Shown here: piece by piece, positions 15,547 to 28,449 of the stretch
How the letters are laid out: every line of letters begins with the position of its first letter
Position numbering within the stretch: the stretch's first letter is position 1
Assembly (NCBI GenBank): GCA_964016885.1
Contig: OZ024748.1
Coordinates: 47,430,001-47,494,000 of the forward strand
DNA from: Eledone cirrhosa
Taxonomy: Eukaryota
Reading direction: 5' to 3'
Length of the DNA: 64,000 nt
Position numbers and translations under genes: made by a program
The notes under the pieces: generated by a model
What the model was told of the DNA's origin: nothing
Database searches by the model: none
Seen by the model: only the letters and a program-made list of their open reading frames with translations

Positions 15547-15946
15547 ACGAAGGAATTGTGGTAAGGAACCAGATGGACCATAACGCATCAGAGTACTCAA
15601 TACTTAGGGTAGTAGAGTGGGTAATAGGAAAAAGTATGACCCCGACGGCAGATACATAGATATATAGCCGTCGGAAAGGTCCAGGAAAAAAGAGTGCTCT
15701 ATGTAGGTTCCAGAGCTTAATAGTTATGTAATAAACAACATAAAGCAATTATTTCATTGACCAGTGGTTTCTTGAAAGCAAACAAATTTTGCTTTCAATC
15801 ATCAGAATGAAAAAATCCTGGTGTATTTTTTGATATTGTATTTTAAAAACAAAAATATAATTATATTTTTGTTTTTAAAATCAAAATTTGTTTGCTTTCA
15901 AGAAACCACTGATAAATGAAATAATTGCCTTATGTTGTTTATTACA

Positions 15947-15952
<6 letters not shown>
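15547..15952 (-). mobile_element. Composite of short PLE-like relics in (TA)n, including a hammerhead and a ~70-bp inverted duplication
   Basis: 15721-15791 is inverted at ~15882-15952. 15547-15610 matches 24295-24358. Confidence 0.65.
15752..15812 (-). ncRNA. Type I hammerhead ribozyme
   Basis: Minus strand reads TTTCATT-CTGATGA-TTGAAAGCAAA(ATTTG)TTTGCTTTCAA-GAAA-CC(ACT)GG-TC-AATGAAA: complete core, three stems, GUC cleavage site. Confidence 0.88.
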
Positions 15953-15978
<26 letters not shown>

Positions 15979-15981
<3 letters not shown>

Positions 15982-16054
15982 TGTCTCCGCAAAAATGTAT
16001 ACACATTTTTATTACAATGTTAGTGAAGTGTGTATACATTTTTGGAGACACCCT
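15979..16054. mobile_element. Tiny Tc1/mariner-type MITE, ~76 bp
   Basis: Imperfect TIRs CAGTGTCTCCGCAAAAATGTATACACATTT / AAGTGTGTATACATTTTTGGAGACACCCT with TA on both sides. Confidence 0.65.
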
Positions 16055-16154
16055 ATAAATATATATAACAAAATCATATTAAAATATAAAATATATTTGC
16101 CTTGGAATTTACTGAATCAAAAATAAGATATATTATTAAATATGATATTTAACG

Positions 16155-16262
16155 ATCTGAGTTCAAATCCCGCCGAGGTTAACTTTGCCTTTCATCCTTA
16201 CGGGGTCGATAAAATAAAGTACTGGGAAATTGCTGGCCTTGTGCCAAAAGTAGAAACAATTA
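16155..16262 (+). mobile_element. SINE fragment
   Basis: Same B-box, core and tail as 16623. Confidence 0.8.
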
Positions 16263-16622
16263 TTAAATATGATATATTATTAAAAGAAAAACACTTAAGT
16301 AAACTGAAGATCGGTTCAATGTCAAGTCTGGTTCCCGCGAAAATGACTGATTGCCATCTCCTTGACAACCTTTGCAACTGAAGCAACATATACAGATGGT
16401 AGGAGGCATATGTATAAGACGCATTAGATATATTATATTGAAAATGCAATCTGTAGAGAAATTACAAGATTTTCTGTAATTGAGAGAGATGAATCGGTCA
16501 AGTACTGCTTCATTCAGTCTAATACAAAAGGTCATTTACCTCACTTCTTAACACTTTCTCTGCCATGACGTCTTTCATATTGTAGAAGGTTGATGACCGC
16601 CAATCATTAATAAAACTACCAA

Positions 16623-16815
16623 GGGCGGTGGGTTGGCAGTACCGGTAGAGTGTCGGACGCCATGCTTTGCAGCATAGAGTTACGTCCCTTTACGGACTGA
16701 GTTCAAATCCCGCCAAGGTTAACTTAGCCTTTCATCCATACGGGGTCGATAAAATAAAGTACCAGTAATACACTGGGATAATTGCTGGCCTTGTGCCAAA
16801 AAGTAGAAACAATTA
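16623..16815 (+). mobile_element. tRNA-derived SINE, near full length
   Basis: A-box-like TGGCAGTACCGG, B-box GAGTTCAAATCC, conserved core GCCTTTCATCC..GGGGTCGATAAAATAAAGTACCAG, tail GGCCTTGTGCCAAAAGTAGAAAC. Confidence 0.85.
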
Positions 16816-16877
16816 ATAAAACTACCAAGGTGTCCTTTTGAAGGAAGGTGTGCGTGTATGTAATATGTATTATCTTT

Positions 16878-16946
<69 letters not shown>

Positions 16947-17171
16947 GATATATTAACAAATGGAAACTATATTTATAAAACCATATTTATTTCATTATAC
17001 ATATTTCAAGGACACCATGTTAAATTATGGTGTGCTTTCATCAGATAAAATATAATATAGAGCAGTTTTATAAATAAATATTGACATACCCTTAAAGAAT
17101 GCGACCATTTCTGTTGGAAGCTCCCGGATAGTCATATATATATATATATATAGAGAGAGAGTGAGAGAGAG

Positions 17172-17219
<48 letters not shown>

Positions 17220-17429
17220 TGCGGTGCTGACTGAGGAGACCACAAATCATGGGAGTACTCAATATTTGAAGAAATGTAGACAGGGTATATGGATAGGTGT
17301 AATTATACACCTCTCTCTCTATATATATATGTGTGTGTGTGTGAATGAGTGTGTGTGTGTGTGAGTGAGTGTGTGTCTGTGTACTATTGTCCTAGCGTTC
17401 AACTGATGTGAGGCCAGTATTAGACAGTA

Positions 17430-17545
17430 TGAGTTCAAATCCCGCCGAGGTTAACTTTGCCTTTCATGCTTACGGGGTCGATAAAATAAAGTACCAGTAA
17501 TGTACTGAGTAATTGCTGGCCTTGTGCCTAAAGTAGAAGCAAGTA
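17430..17545 (+). mobile_element. SINE fragment
   Basis: Same B-box, core and tail. Confidence 0.8.
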
Positions 17546-17981
17546 TTAGAACAAATCTTCTCCTATAGAGTGGTGACCATATTTGGACCCCAAAACCTAA
17601 GGTCACGCATACATTGTAAGTGTATGAAATTTTAATTACATTATATAAATATGTATAGATATATGTGTGGGGGGGGGGGGTCTGTGTCTGTCTGTCTGTC
17701 TTTATGTGTGTCTTTGTGTGTATGTGTATGTTTTTGTGTGTATGTGTGTGTGTCTGTTTGTATGTCTGTGTGTGTGTCTTTGTGTGTGTGTGTGTGCGTA
17801 TGTGTCTGTCTGCCTGTCTTTGTGTGTCTTTGTGTGTCTTTGTATGTGTCTTTGTGTGTCTTTGTGTGTGTCTGTCTGTCTGTGTCTTTGCTGTGTGTGT
17901 GTGTCTGTCTGTCTGTCTTTGTGTGTCTTTGTGTGACTTTGTGTGAATGTGTCTGTCTGTCTGTCTTTGTGTGAGTTTGTG

Positions 17982-18012
<31 letters not shown>

Positions 18013-18527
18013 GTGTGTGTGTGTGTCTGTCTTTGTGTGTCTGTCTGTCTGTCTTTGTGTGTCTTTGTGTGTGTGTGTGTTTTATCTATGTGTGTGTACA
18101 ACACATGAGATGAAAGCAATGACATTTCTAATCTAACAACGCTGATATAAGATGCAGAAAAATGAATGAATGGTTCACACCTCCACCTCCATCGACCCAC
18201 ACATTAACCACCCTATACACCTTCCATCGACCCTCCTTCAACACCACCAACACCACCCACACACGATATACCCAATACCCAACACACCCTTCATACACTC
18301 ACACCCAATGCGAGAATTGTATTCAGACAATTGAAGAATTTAGAAGACAAATACTTCACTCTATATTATACAACTTCCTCAGTAAATGTGAACACACATT
18401 CCCATCACATAAACATACTTTGATGCATATTCTCTGTCTATATATGGCAGTGTTTGATTGGGTGTATGGGAGGGAAATGCCTGATCCATGTCTACATAAG
18501 GATACATAGTTTTGCATATGTATTTAT

Positions 18528-18611
<84 letters not shown>

Positions 18612-18685
18612 CTTTGTATATATATGTATGAGTGCATGTATGTACATATATATATGCAAATGTATATAAATCTCTGTGTGTCTAC

Positions 18686-18717
<32 letters not shown>

Positions 18718-18962
18718 CTGTGTGTATGTGTGTGTTTACTTAGAATAATACATACACATATAAATCAAAAATAACAACAGCAACAATAACAACAGCAACA
18801 ATAACAACAATAACAACAGCAACCACAGTAGTAACAACAATAACAGATAAAAGATCTTTTAAATTGATATAATTTATAAGAAAACATTGCTTATAATCCT
18901 AGCTGCAGAAAAATGTTATACATATATATATACACATATATATATATTCATTTATATATATG

Positions 18963-19002
<40 letters not shown>

Positions 19003-19143
19003 TTTATATATATATGTAAATATATATATATATATCTTTATATATATATATTCATTTATATATATGTAAATATATATATATATATCTTTATATATATATA
19101 TATATATATTCATTTATATATATGTAAATATATATATATATAT

Positions 19144-19178
<35 letters not shown>

Positions 19179-19258
19179 TTTATATATATGTAAATATATA
19201 TATATATCTTTATATATATATATATTCATTTATATATATGTAAATATATGTATATATA

Positions 19259-19340
<82 letters not shown>

Positions 19341-19380
19341 TTTATATATATTCATTTATATATATTCAATTATATATATG

Positions 19381-19418
<38 letters not shown>

Positions 19419-19974
19419 TTTATATATAGGTAAATAAATATATACATGTATATATTATATTCTCGTGTATAGATATATCCATGTATTCCACGTATTCCCA
19501 TCTTTCTCTTCTCATTCTTCGTTGCTGTTGGATAATTAGAATATTGAGTCACCACAGAAAAAGTCACCTAAGTGACTTTGAAAATTATTCCACCATTGTT
19601 CTTACGAAACACAAGCAGAGCTACATGTGTCTTGTCTGCCTAGCAGAAAAATATATGGAACATGCCATTACTATTTACACACCAATTTTGCCTGAAGAAC
19701 TGGGATGGCACAGAATATCGATTTATTTTTTTCATCTTCTGCTTCTTTTTCTTCTTTTTCGTCTTCAACCTTTTCTTTTCTTTCTTCTTTGTTTTGTTCT
19801 TCTTCTACTTCTTTTTCGTCTTCTTCATCTTTTTCTTCTTCTTCTACTACATCTTTTTTTCTACCTCTTCTTCTTCTTCCAGTGATTCTTCATCTTTTTC
19901 GCCTTCTTATTTTACATTTTTTTCTAGTTTATTTTTGTAACTTTTCTTTATCATCTCTTTTTCTTGTGAATCAA

Positions 19975-21572
19975 GGAATTGTGTCTCTTGTGGCGCAGGA
20001 ATGGTGTCTCTTGTGATGGAGGAATGGTGTTTGTCTCGTGGCGGAGGAATGGTGTCTCTTGTGGCGGAGGAATGGTGTCTCTTGTGATGGAGGAATGGTG
20101 TTTGTCTCGTGTGGCGGAGGAATGGTGTCTCTTGTGGCGGAGGAATGGTGTCTCTTGTGATGGAGGAATGGTGTTTGTCTCGTGGCGGAGGAATGGTGTC
20201 TCTTGTGGCGGAGGAATGGTGTCTCTTGTGATGGAGGAATGGTGTTTGTCTCGTGGCGGAGGAATGGTGTCTCTTGTGGCGCAGGAATGGTGTCTCTTGT
20301 GATGGAGGAATGGTGTTTGTCTCGTGGCGGAGGAATGGTGTCTCTTGTGGCGGAGGAATGGTGTCGCTTGTGATGGAGGAATGGTGTTTGTCTCGTGGCG
20401 GAGGAATGGTGTCTCTTGTGGTGGAGGAATGGTGTCTCTTGTGATGGAGGAATGGTGTTTGTCTCGTGGCGGAGGAATGGTGTCTCTTGTGGCGGAGGAA
20501 TGGTGGCTCTTGTGATAGAGGAATGGTGTTTGTCTCGTGGCGGAGGAATGGTGTCTCTTGTGGTGGAGGAATGGTGTCTCTTGTGATGGCGGAATGGTGT
20601 CTCTTGTGGTGGAGGAATGGTGTTTGTTTTGTGGCGGAGGAATGGTGTTTGTCTTGTGGCGGAGAAATGGTGTCTCTTAAGGTGGAGCAATGGTGTTTGT
20701 CTCGTGGTGGAGGAATGGTGTCTCTTGTGGTGGAGGAATGGCGTTTGTCTTGTGGCGGAGAAATAGTGTCTCTTGTGGTGGAGCAATGGTGTTTGTCTCG
20801 TGGTGGAGGAATGGTGTCTCTTGTGGTGGAGCAATGGTGTTTGTCTCGTGGTGGAGGAATAGTGTCTCTTGTGGTGGAGCAATGGTGTTTGTCTCGTGGT
20901 GGAGGAATGGTGTCTCTTGTGGTGGAGCAATGGTGTTTGTCTCATGGTGGAGGAATGGTTCCTCTTGTGGTGGAGCAATGGTGTTTGTCTCGTGGTGGAG
21001 GAATGGTTCCTCTTGTGGTGGAGGAATGGCGTTTGTCTTGTGGCGGAGAAATAGTGTCTCTTGTGGTGGAGCAATGGTGTTTGTCTCGTGGTGGAGGAAT
21101 GGTGTCTCTTGTGGTGGAGCAATGGTGTTTGTCTCGTGGTGGAGGAATGGTGTCTCTTGTGGTGGAGCAATGGTGTTTGTCTCGTGGTGGAGGAATGGTG
21201 TCTCTTGTGGTGGAGCAATGGTGTTTGTCTCGTGGTGGAGGAATGGTGTCTCTTGTGGTGGAGCAATGGTGTTTGTCTCGTGGTGGAGGAATGGTGTCTC
21301 TTGTGGTGGAGCAATGGTGTTTGTCTCGTGGTGGAGGAATGGTTCCTCTTGTGGTGGAGCAATGGTGTTTGTCTCGTGGTGGAGGAATAGTGTCTCTTGT
21401 GGTGGAGCAATGGTGTTTGTCTCGTGGTGGAGGAATGGTTCCTCTTGTGGTGGAGCAATGGTGTTTGTCTCGTGGTGGAGGAATAGTGTCTCTTGTGGTG
21501 GAGCAATGGTGTTTGTCTCGTGGTGGAGGAATAGTGTCTCTTGTGGTGGAGCAATGGTGTTTGTCTCGTGGC
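19975..21572. repeat. GC-rich minisatellite of 23- and 25-bp monomers with 71-bp then 48-bp higher-order units
   Basis: TGTCTCTTGTGGTGGAGCAATGG and TGTTTGTCTCGTGGTGGAGGAATGG; ORF starts recur every 71 nt (20182, 20253, 20324, 20395). Confidence 0.95.
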
Positions 21573-22716
21573 TGAGGGTTGCTGCTATTTCTTATCTAAT
21601 GTTTTACATGTTCTCTTTCGTTCATTTCTTGGGTTTTTTTATTCATGCTTTTTTTACCATTCTTCTTCTTCTTCTTCTTCTTGATATTGTTGTTGTTGTT
21701 GTTGTTGTTCCTCTTTTTCGGTTCTTGTTTCTCTACTTCGTCCTCGTCTTCTTCTTCTTCTTCTTCTTCTTCTTCTTCTTCTTCTTCTTCTTCTTCTTCT
21801 TCTTCATCTTCCTTTCCCCCTCCTCCTGTTTCTCAGAAGTACAGATAAACCTGAGAAGCCTGTGGTTGTCTTTAGAAGCTGGTCGTGATTTTCACAACAA
21901 ATCTTCGTTTATTTTCAAACGTTTATTCCGTTGTGTCTGTTTGGAAAAACAAAACATAGGAACCTGATCTATTAGATAAATAAATATATATATATTATAT
22001 TATATTATATATAGAGTTATAAACTCAAATAGTCTTTTACAATTAAATAGCTCAAAGAAAGGAATATTTCTGAGCCGTGTAATACAAATGAATATATGAT
22101 AGGGATAAACACTGATACAAGTATACATGTGTTCGCATTGCAAATGACCAAGTCAGCTAGATTGAAAAATACTAATTAAAATAATACGGTTTGCCTGTCT
22201 CGATTTAAAATAATAAATCAATAAAAACAAACCTATATTGGCAATAGCTGTGATACCCGGACAAATTTTAAATTTGTTTCACAACAATTAAGTGAAATTT
22301 CCTATTCCTGTGCTCTTCTGCGGGTATCCAGAAATTGGTAAGTTTCACTTCAAAATATTTAAGAAGACTGAGAGAAATGTGTTGTTGAACGCACATGTGT
22401 CACAGCGCCTAGCTCGTTCCATACTCGTGCCGCTAAAAATAGCAGCCGGTTTTATGGGACTAAAAATTAGCTCACGTATGGAGCCGAGAATATTATTTTA
22501 TATTTAGAGTTATAAACTCAAATATATATATATATATAATGGGTCGTCAAGTATGAAATTTGAACGAATTTGTAAAAAAAAACCCACAAATTTCTACAAA
22601 TTTCTTAATTGACTAGCCAATATATATTTGTGTGTGAGTGTGTTTGTGCCTTTATATGCTTCTCTCACTCTCTCTCTCACTCTCTCTCACTCACTCTCTC
22701 TTTCTCTCTCTCACTC

Positions 22717-22751
<35 letters not shown>

Positions 22752-22915
22752 GTAGAGCAAAGGGGGAGATAGTATAAAAAAGGAAGGGAGAATGAAACAT
22801 TGCAGCGTGACAAGGAAACATACAAGAAAACTGGATCAAGTAAAGACAACACCCCCCCCCCCCCTATACACAATTGGGTATCATTACAATTTACCTATAT
22901 ATATATTTACAAATC

Positions 22916-22956
<41 letters not shown>

Positions 22957-23115
22957 TATCAGCCTAAACGTCTTCTGGTCGGCTCTGGTTGTTCTGCAAA
23001 CATATAGCTAGATGTTGAGATGTTGGCCTCTGAAATATGTTCATTTAGCACTTATTGTTATGGTTCAGCAGTTTTCCATTCCAGGTGGCAAGTTCGGGAT
23101 AACTGCGCTGGCTTC

Positions 23116-23180
23116 TAAAATAAAGTACCAGTAATACACTGGGATAACTGCTGGCCTTGTGCCAAGAGTAGAAACAATTA
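23116..23180 (+). mobile_element. SINE 3' fragment
   Basis: AAAATAAAGTACCAG...GGCCTTGTGCCAAGAGTAGAAAC. Confidence 0.7.
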
Positions 23181-23285
23181 TATATATATATATATATATA
23201 TACGTTATTCCGGGTTGAATCGGAGGTAACCACAGTAAGTAAGGTACTCAATACATAGCAGAGTATAACAGTTTTAATATAGATG

Positions 23286-23336
23286 AGATTCTACAGGACT
23301 AGAACTGTTTCATTCATTAGAAATCATCAGGAATCT
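23286..23336 (-). ncRNA. Type I hammerhead ribozyme (mirror copy in the palindrome)
   Basis: Reverse complement of 23792-23842. Confidence 0.8.
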
Positions 23337-23791
23337 GGGTATCAAAAAATAAATATGGTATTTATAGGTCTCTACAAGTGGTAGGAGAGGGTGGGGAGTG
23401 GGATGGGTGCAGGTCATTGGTTGATAGAGAAGGGAATTCATTAAAGGCTAATTCTACATAGCTATAGTTAATTTATATTTATTTATGTTTTTAGAGTAAC
23501 AAAGGCAGACAGAATTCTATAAACAGGTTCCGGATGGCATACCATTCCTTGTCAATAAGTTTCTGAAACTTATTGACAAGGAATGGTATGCCATCCGGAA
23601 CCTGTTTATAGAATTCTGTCTGCCTTTGTTACTCTAAAAACATAAATAAATATAAATTAACTATAGCTATGTAGAATTAGCCTTTAATGAATTCCCTTCT
23701 CTATCAACCAATGACCTGCACCCATCCCACTCCCCACCCTCTCCTACCACTTGTAGAGACCTATAAATACCATATTTATTTTTTGATACCC

Positions 23792-23842
23792 AGATTCCTG
23801 ATGATTTCTAATGAATGAAACAGTTCTAGTCCTGTAGAATCT
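23792..23842 (+). ncRNA. Type I hammerhead ribozyme
   Basis: AGATTC-CTGATGA-tTTC(TAAT)GAAt-GAAA-CAG(TTCTAGTC)CTG-TA-GAATCT. Confidence 0.8.
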
Positions 23843-24294
23843 CATCTATATTAAAACTATATATATATATATATATATTGGTAAACGGAATAGAAAATAC
23901 TGACAAATTGTTCACAGTGAAAAATAGTTTAATTAGGAATAAATGAGAATTAGTAATTGTATTGGTTAGTATTCAGTTTTGGTTTTAAGTTTTACCGGTT
24001 GCGCATTTCTAAATGCTTTTCAAAAATAATTTTGAGATAGAGCGTCCGTGATGTATATATATATATACAAGAAGGTAGTACAGCATAATCGAAGCTCTGG
24101 TTGCGGGCAAGCTAACGAATTCTGTCGGGAAGTGCAGCCAAAAGCACTCAATCAGGAATTTTACCTTACAGTTATAACATTACGTTTAGACAGCTATGCA
24201 AATTGAAGCCAGCCACAGAAATGCGAACCGCTAGGACCAGAACAACGCAAAAACGGACACAGGGAAATGATATATATATATATATATATATATA

Positions 24295-24500
24295 ACGAAG
24301 GAAATGTGGTAAGGAACCCGATGGACCATAACGCACCAAAGTACTCAATACTTAGGGTAATAGGAATGAGTAGGACCTCGACGGCTGAGCTCCAGCCGTT
24401 TCGACGGCTAATTCTGGACTAAATGCAGTCCATGCATTTACTCCAGAAGTAGCCGTCGAAACGGCTTGAGCTCAGCCGTCGGGGTCCTACTCGTTCCTAT
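24295..24500 (-). mobile_element. Short fold-back PLE-like relic in (TA)n
   Basis: ~65-bp imperfect inverted repeat (24360-24500) containing GAAACGGC..GCCGTC, the 3' half of a hammerhead. The tail is shared with 15547. Confidence 0.6.
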
Positions 24501-25044
24501 ATATATATATATATATACATATATATATAGAGAGAGAGAGATGTATATGTATATGTATATATGTATATGTGTGTGTATGTGTGCATATACTTACATATGG
24601 GTGTATGTATATACGTATATATGTGTGTGTGAATATATATGTATATGTGTGTGTACATATAATTACATATATACTTATATATGCGTGTGCGTGTGTGCAT
24701 ATATATATGTATATGTGTGTGTACATATACTGACATATATACTTATATATGTGTGTGTGTGTGAATATATATATGTATATGTGTGTGTACATATACTTAC
24801 ATATATACTTATATATGTATGTGTGTGTGAATATATATATGTATATGTGTGTGTACATATACTTACATATATACTTATATATGTATGTGTGTGTGTGTGA
24901 ATATATATATGTATATGTGTGTGTACATATACTTACATATATACTTATATATGTGTGTGTGTGTGTGTGAATATATATATGTATATGTATGTGTACATAT
25001 ACTGACATATATACTTATATATATATACACACATATATATTTAT

Positions 25045-25079
<35 letters not shown>

Positions 25080-25517
25080 CATTGATGTATCCTCAGTTTT
25101 TCAAAATGGAGGCTGTTTCGTAAACAATTAGCGGACGTCGTTAATACCACATTAATCAATTAATAATACTCCAGTAATTGCGTAATGACGATTGCATAAT
25201 TGATCAAAGGACTAATTATTTCCTATTACCTAATTCTCATTTTATTTTTTCTTTATACCTCCTCGTTCACTACAATGGCGAATTCTCCTTAAAAACCTGT
25301 AAAAGGTGTAGAGAGCAATTTACTTTTATGTGTATGTAAGACAGAAATGGTGAAGAGATATAATTTAGAGTGTTGTGGAATTTAAGTGTGTTGTTTGATT
25401 GTTGTTCTTGTTTTAGTTGTTGTATTAATGCTGTAAACCATTCTGTATGTTCTCTCCGCCGTTCCTTGATCTGATTCCAAGAAAGGAAATTGATGTATAT
25501 ATTAAACATATAGATAA

Positions 25518-26170
25518 TAATTGTTTCTATTTTGGGCACAAGTCCAGCAATTTGAAGAGAAGGGGAAGAGTAAAGTCGATTAAAATGACTTCAGTGAATT
25601 ACTGGTACTTTATTTTATTGATGCCGTAAGGATGAAAGGCAAAGCTAACCACAGTGGGATTTGAACTCAGACCATAAAGGGACGTAACTATGCTGGAAAG
25701 CATGTCGTCCGACCCTCTACCGATACAGCCAAATTGCTTCTACTTTTGGGACAAGGCCGGCAGTTTGAAGAGAAGGAGAAGGGAAAGTTGACTGAATCGT
25801 CCGCAGTACATTACTGGTATTTCATTTTATCGACTCTGTATGGATGAAAGATAAAGCTAAACTCGGTGATATTTTAACTGAGAGCGTAAAGTGTCGTTAC
25901 CACAAGCATGTTGTTCGACGCTCTACTGACACTCTCACTACCACTTAATAATGATCTCTAGTATAGGCATAAGGCCAGTAATTTGTGGGGAGGGGTAAGT
26001 CGATTAAATCGACCCCCAGTACCTTACTGGAACATTATTTTATCGACCCCCGTAAGGATGAAAGCAAAGTTGACCTTGGTGGGATTGGAATACAGAGCGT
26101 AAAGTGTCGTTACCATATGACGCGAAGCATGTGTTTTGACGCTCTACCGTTTCTCCCTATCTAACGCCTT
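25518..26170 (-). mobile_element. Three tandem SINE copies (~25518-25735, 25735-25945, 25955-26170)
   Basis: Reverse complements of the core and B-box repeated three times, each diverged. Confidence 0.8.
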
Positions 26171-26646
26171 AACAACAACAACAATAAGGGTGCTGAATAG
26201 GTATATAATAAATAATTAAATAGATAGATAGGTAGGTAGATAGATAGCTAGAAAGATAGATAGACAAATAGATAGATATAGATAAATAACGAAAGAGAGA
26301 AAGAGAGAGGGGGAGAGGTAACCGAGTGACGTGACAGAGAGTCTGACAGTTAGATAGATATAAAGATAGATAGATAAATAGATAGATATAGATATATAGG
26401 GTGATAGATATATTTCTTTATTAGCCACAAGGGCGCACAAGAAAAGGGGACAATACAAAGACACATGCCGGGGATTTTACATACAGTCGTGTAAAAATAT
26501 GAAACAAATAATTATAACAATCGAAATCCCCAATAACGGGGAGGCGCCACAAATGGGTTGTTTAATACCCCGTCGATACAACAACCCTCAACTTCAGGAG
26601 CGTGTTGTGCAAGTGCTCCCTTCTTCCTTTTGCTCTCTTCTTTAAC

Positions 26647-28277
26647 CTACAGGTTTATATACAGAGAAGGCCCACTCACTCGGGCCATTTTCGCTTCATT
26701 CACCCACCTTTCAGTAAATTTACTGGGGTGCAGTGCCTCTCTCTCCACTCTGATTCTCCTTCTAAAGTGATACTGAAAGAAGGGAATCAATTGTTGTCCG
26801 GAGAGAAAGGCATCTGTCCTCAGTCCTCTCAATCTCGTCCACCATATAACTTCTTTCACCATAGGCACTGTACAGAGAAAAACCGCCTCTCTTTCGTTTT
26901 TGTAAGAGGCAAGCGGTTTGATCCTTACTATACACTCGGCAGTCAACTGGATTTGTCCCATGCGCGACAACAGTTGTTCTGCATAGTTCCACAGGTCGCT
27001 TACGCCCGGGAAATGTACAATTGCGTGCAGGACTGTTTCAATGTCCTGCGGGCATCTTGGATACGTCCTCTTGAAAGGATCCCTCCCGGGGCGTCCATCT
27101 CTGTAGATCTTGTCACGAACCGGTAGAGCTCCTTGGTAGCACTGCCAGGCCAGGGACCTCTGGAAGTTGTCCATAGGTCCCGGGCGGAAAGTCCTACAAA
27201 ACAGACTGGTGAGCTCATCGTCTTCGACCCCCAGAGTCTCTCCGAGCACGTCGTCGCCATTGTAACGTACAATCTCTCTATAGAATGTCGAAGTGGAGTC
27301 TCCACTGATTGCTGCGCCCGCTTGCCAGAGGACTGTGAGCACCTGAGCGCATTCAATGTGCCAGGCGCCCATCGTTTTCGGTCTTTTCTTGACCCAGGAC
27401 TGCAGCTCCGTCAGCGAGACGAGCTGTGGGAAAGCTTGTCTCACAAACGGTGCCCACACCGGTTGGGGGTCGGTGAGGAATATCTGGAGATGCCGCAGCC
27501 TCAGCGCATGTTTGCGGACCATCAGCCACAGCATGCCCAGCCCTCCGTTGGAAGGGTGCCGACAGCAGACGGATCTCCTCACCAGCGGAGCCTGCTTCTT
27601 CCACAGAAACTGGACGAGCATGCGTTCCATCTTGGCGAGGTGTTCACAGGGATAAGGCACGATAGTCAAGCGGTAGTAGATGACGGACGCTATGAAAGTG
27701 TTCGCCACCTCCGCTCAACCTTTCAAGGACATTTTGCACTCTGCCCACTTCTGAGTGAGTGCAAACACCTTGGCCGTGACCTCGTTCCAGTTTTTCTCCA
27801 CCTGGAGGTCTGGATCGAACCAGACCCTGAGCAATTTCACCAGTCCGTCCGTCCAGCGTCCAACGACGCTGTCGGACGTCATCGGTTTGCCTCTCCACGT
27901 ACCGAGTTGCAAACCGACAGACTTGTCCGGGTTTAGTTTTGCTTCTGTCAGCGTTTCGTATTATTTCAGTAAGTTGCCGATCACCCCGATTTCCGAGATG
28001 CTCGACACCATTACCGTCACGTCGTCGGTATAAGCCGACACCACTTTGCGCAGTCCCGGTTCTAGAGGGATGCCCTGCAACAGCTCCAATTTTCGCAGTA
28101 GTGGCTCTAGAGTCAATACATACAGAATGGAGGAGAGAGGGCACCCCCTGTCGAATGGAACGCGTGATTGCGAACGGTTCCCATAGGTAGCCGTTCACCT
28201 TGACCCTCGAGCAGATGCTGGTGTGCATCGCCTCGATCCAGCCTCTGAAAACGGGACCGAAACCGGCCGCCTTGAGA
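26647..28277 (-). pseudogene. L1/Tx1 ORF2 remnant (RT C-terminal half + terminal Zn-finger region), frameshifted
   Basis: ORFs 27644-28228, 27715-27912 and 26647-27708; YTDD at ~28020-28032. Confidence 0.85.
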
Positions 28278-28449
28278 AAAAGGACGAAAGGTGCATTTAC
28301 CTTTTCATTTCCTGGAGATCGGGTTGTTCAATCTCCATTTGGGTGGTGGATGGGGAGTTGGGTGGGTTGGGGAAACATTTAAACAGGACGTGGTTGGTGG
28401 GTTTCTGGCAGGGGTCCCCACGTCCTGTGAAAATTTATTTTTCAGGTCA

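Larger units (their letters stand above)
23203..23858. mobile_element. Fold-back PLE-like relic: 589-bp palindrome (23270-23858, centre 23564) plus a 67-bp unique tail, in (TA)n
   Basis: Arms are reverse complements with a 1-nt centre; each arm carries a hammerhead. Confidence 0.8.

Noticed and set aside
16290-16600. Unique-sequence islands with splice-like signals (also ~19550-19710, 21830-21965, 37700-37900, 45740-46060)
   Set aside because: No consistent open frame or recognisable product.
16623-16715. tRNA gene
   Set aside because: A/B boxes belong to a SINE head; no cloverleaf can be formed.
19971-21967. Long repetitive ORFs or CRISPR-like array
   Set aside because: Tandem minisatellite without unique spacers or cas genes, in a eukaryotic context.
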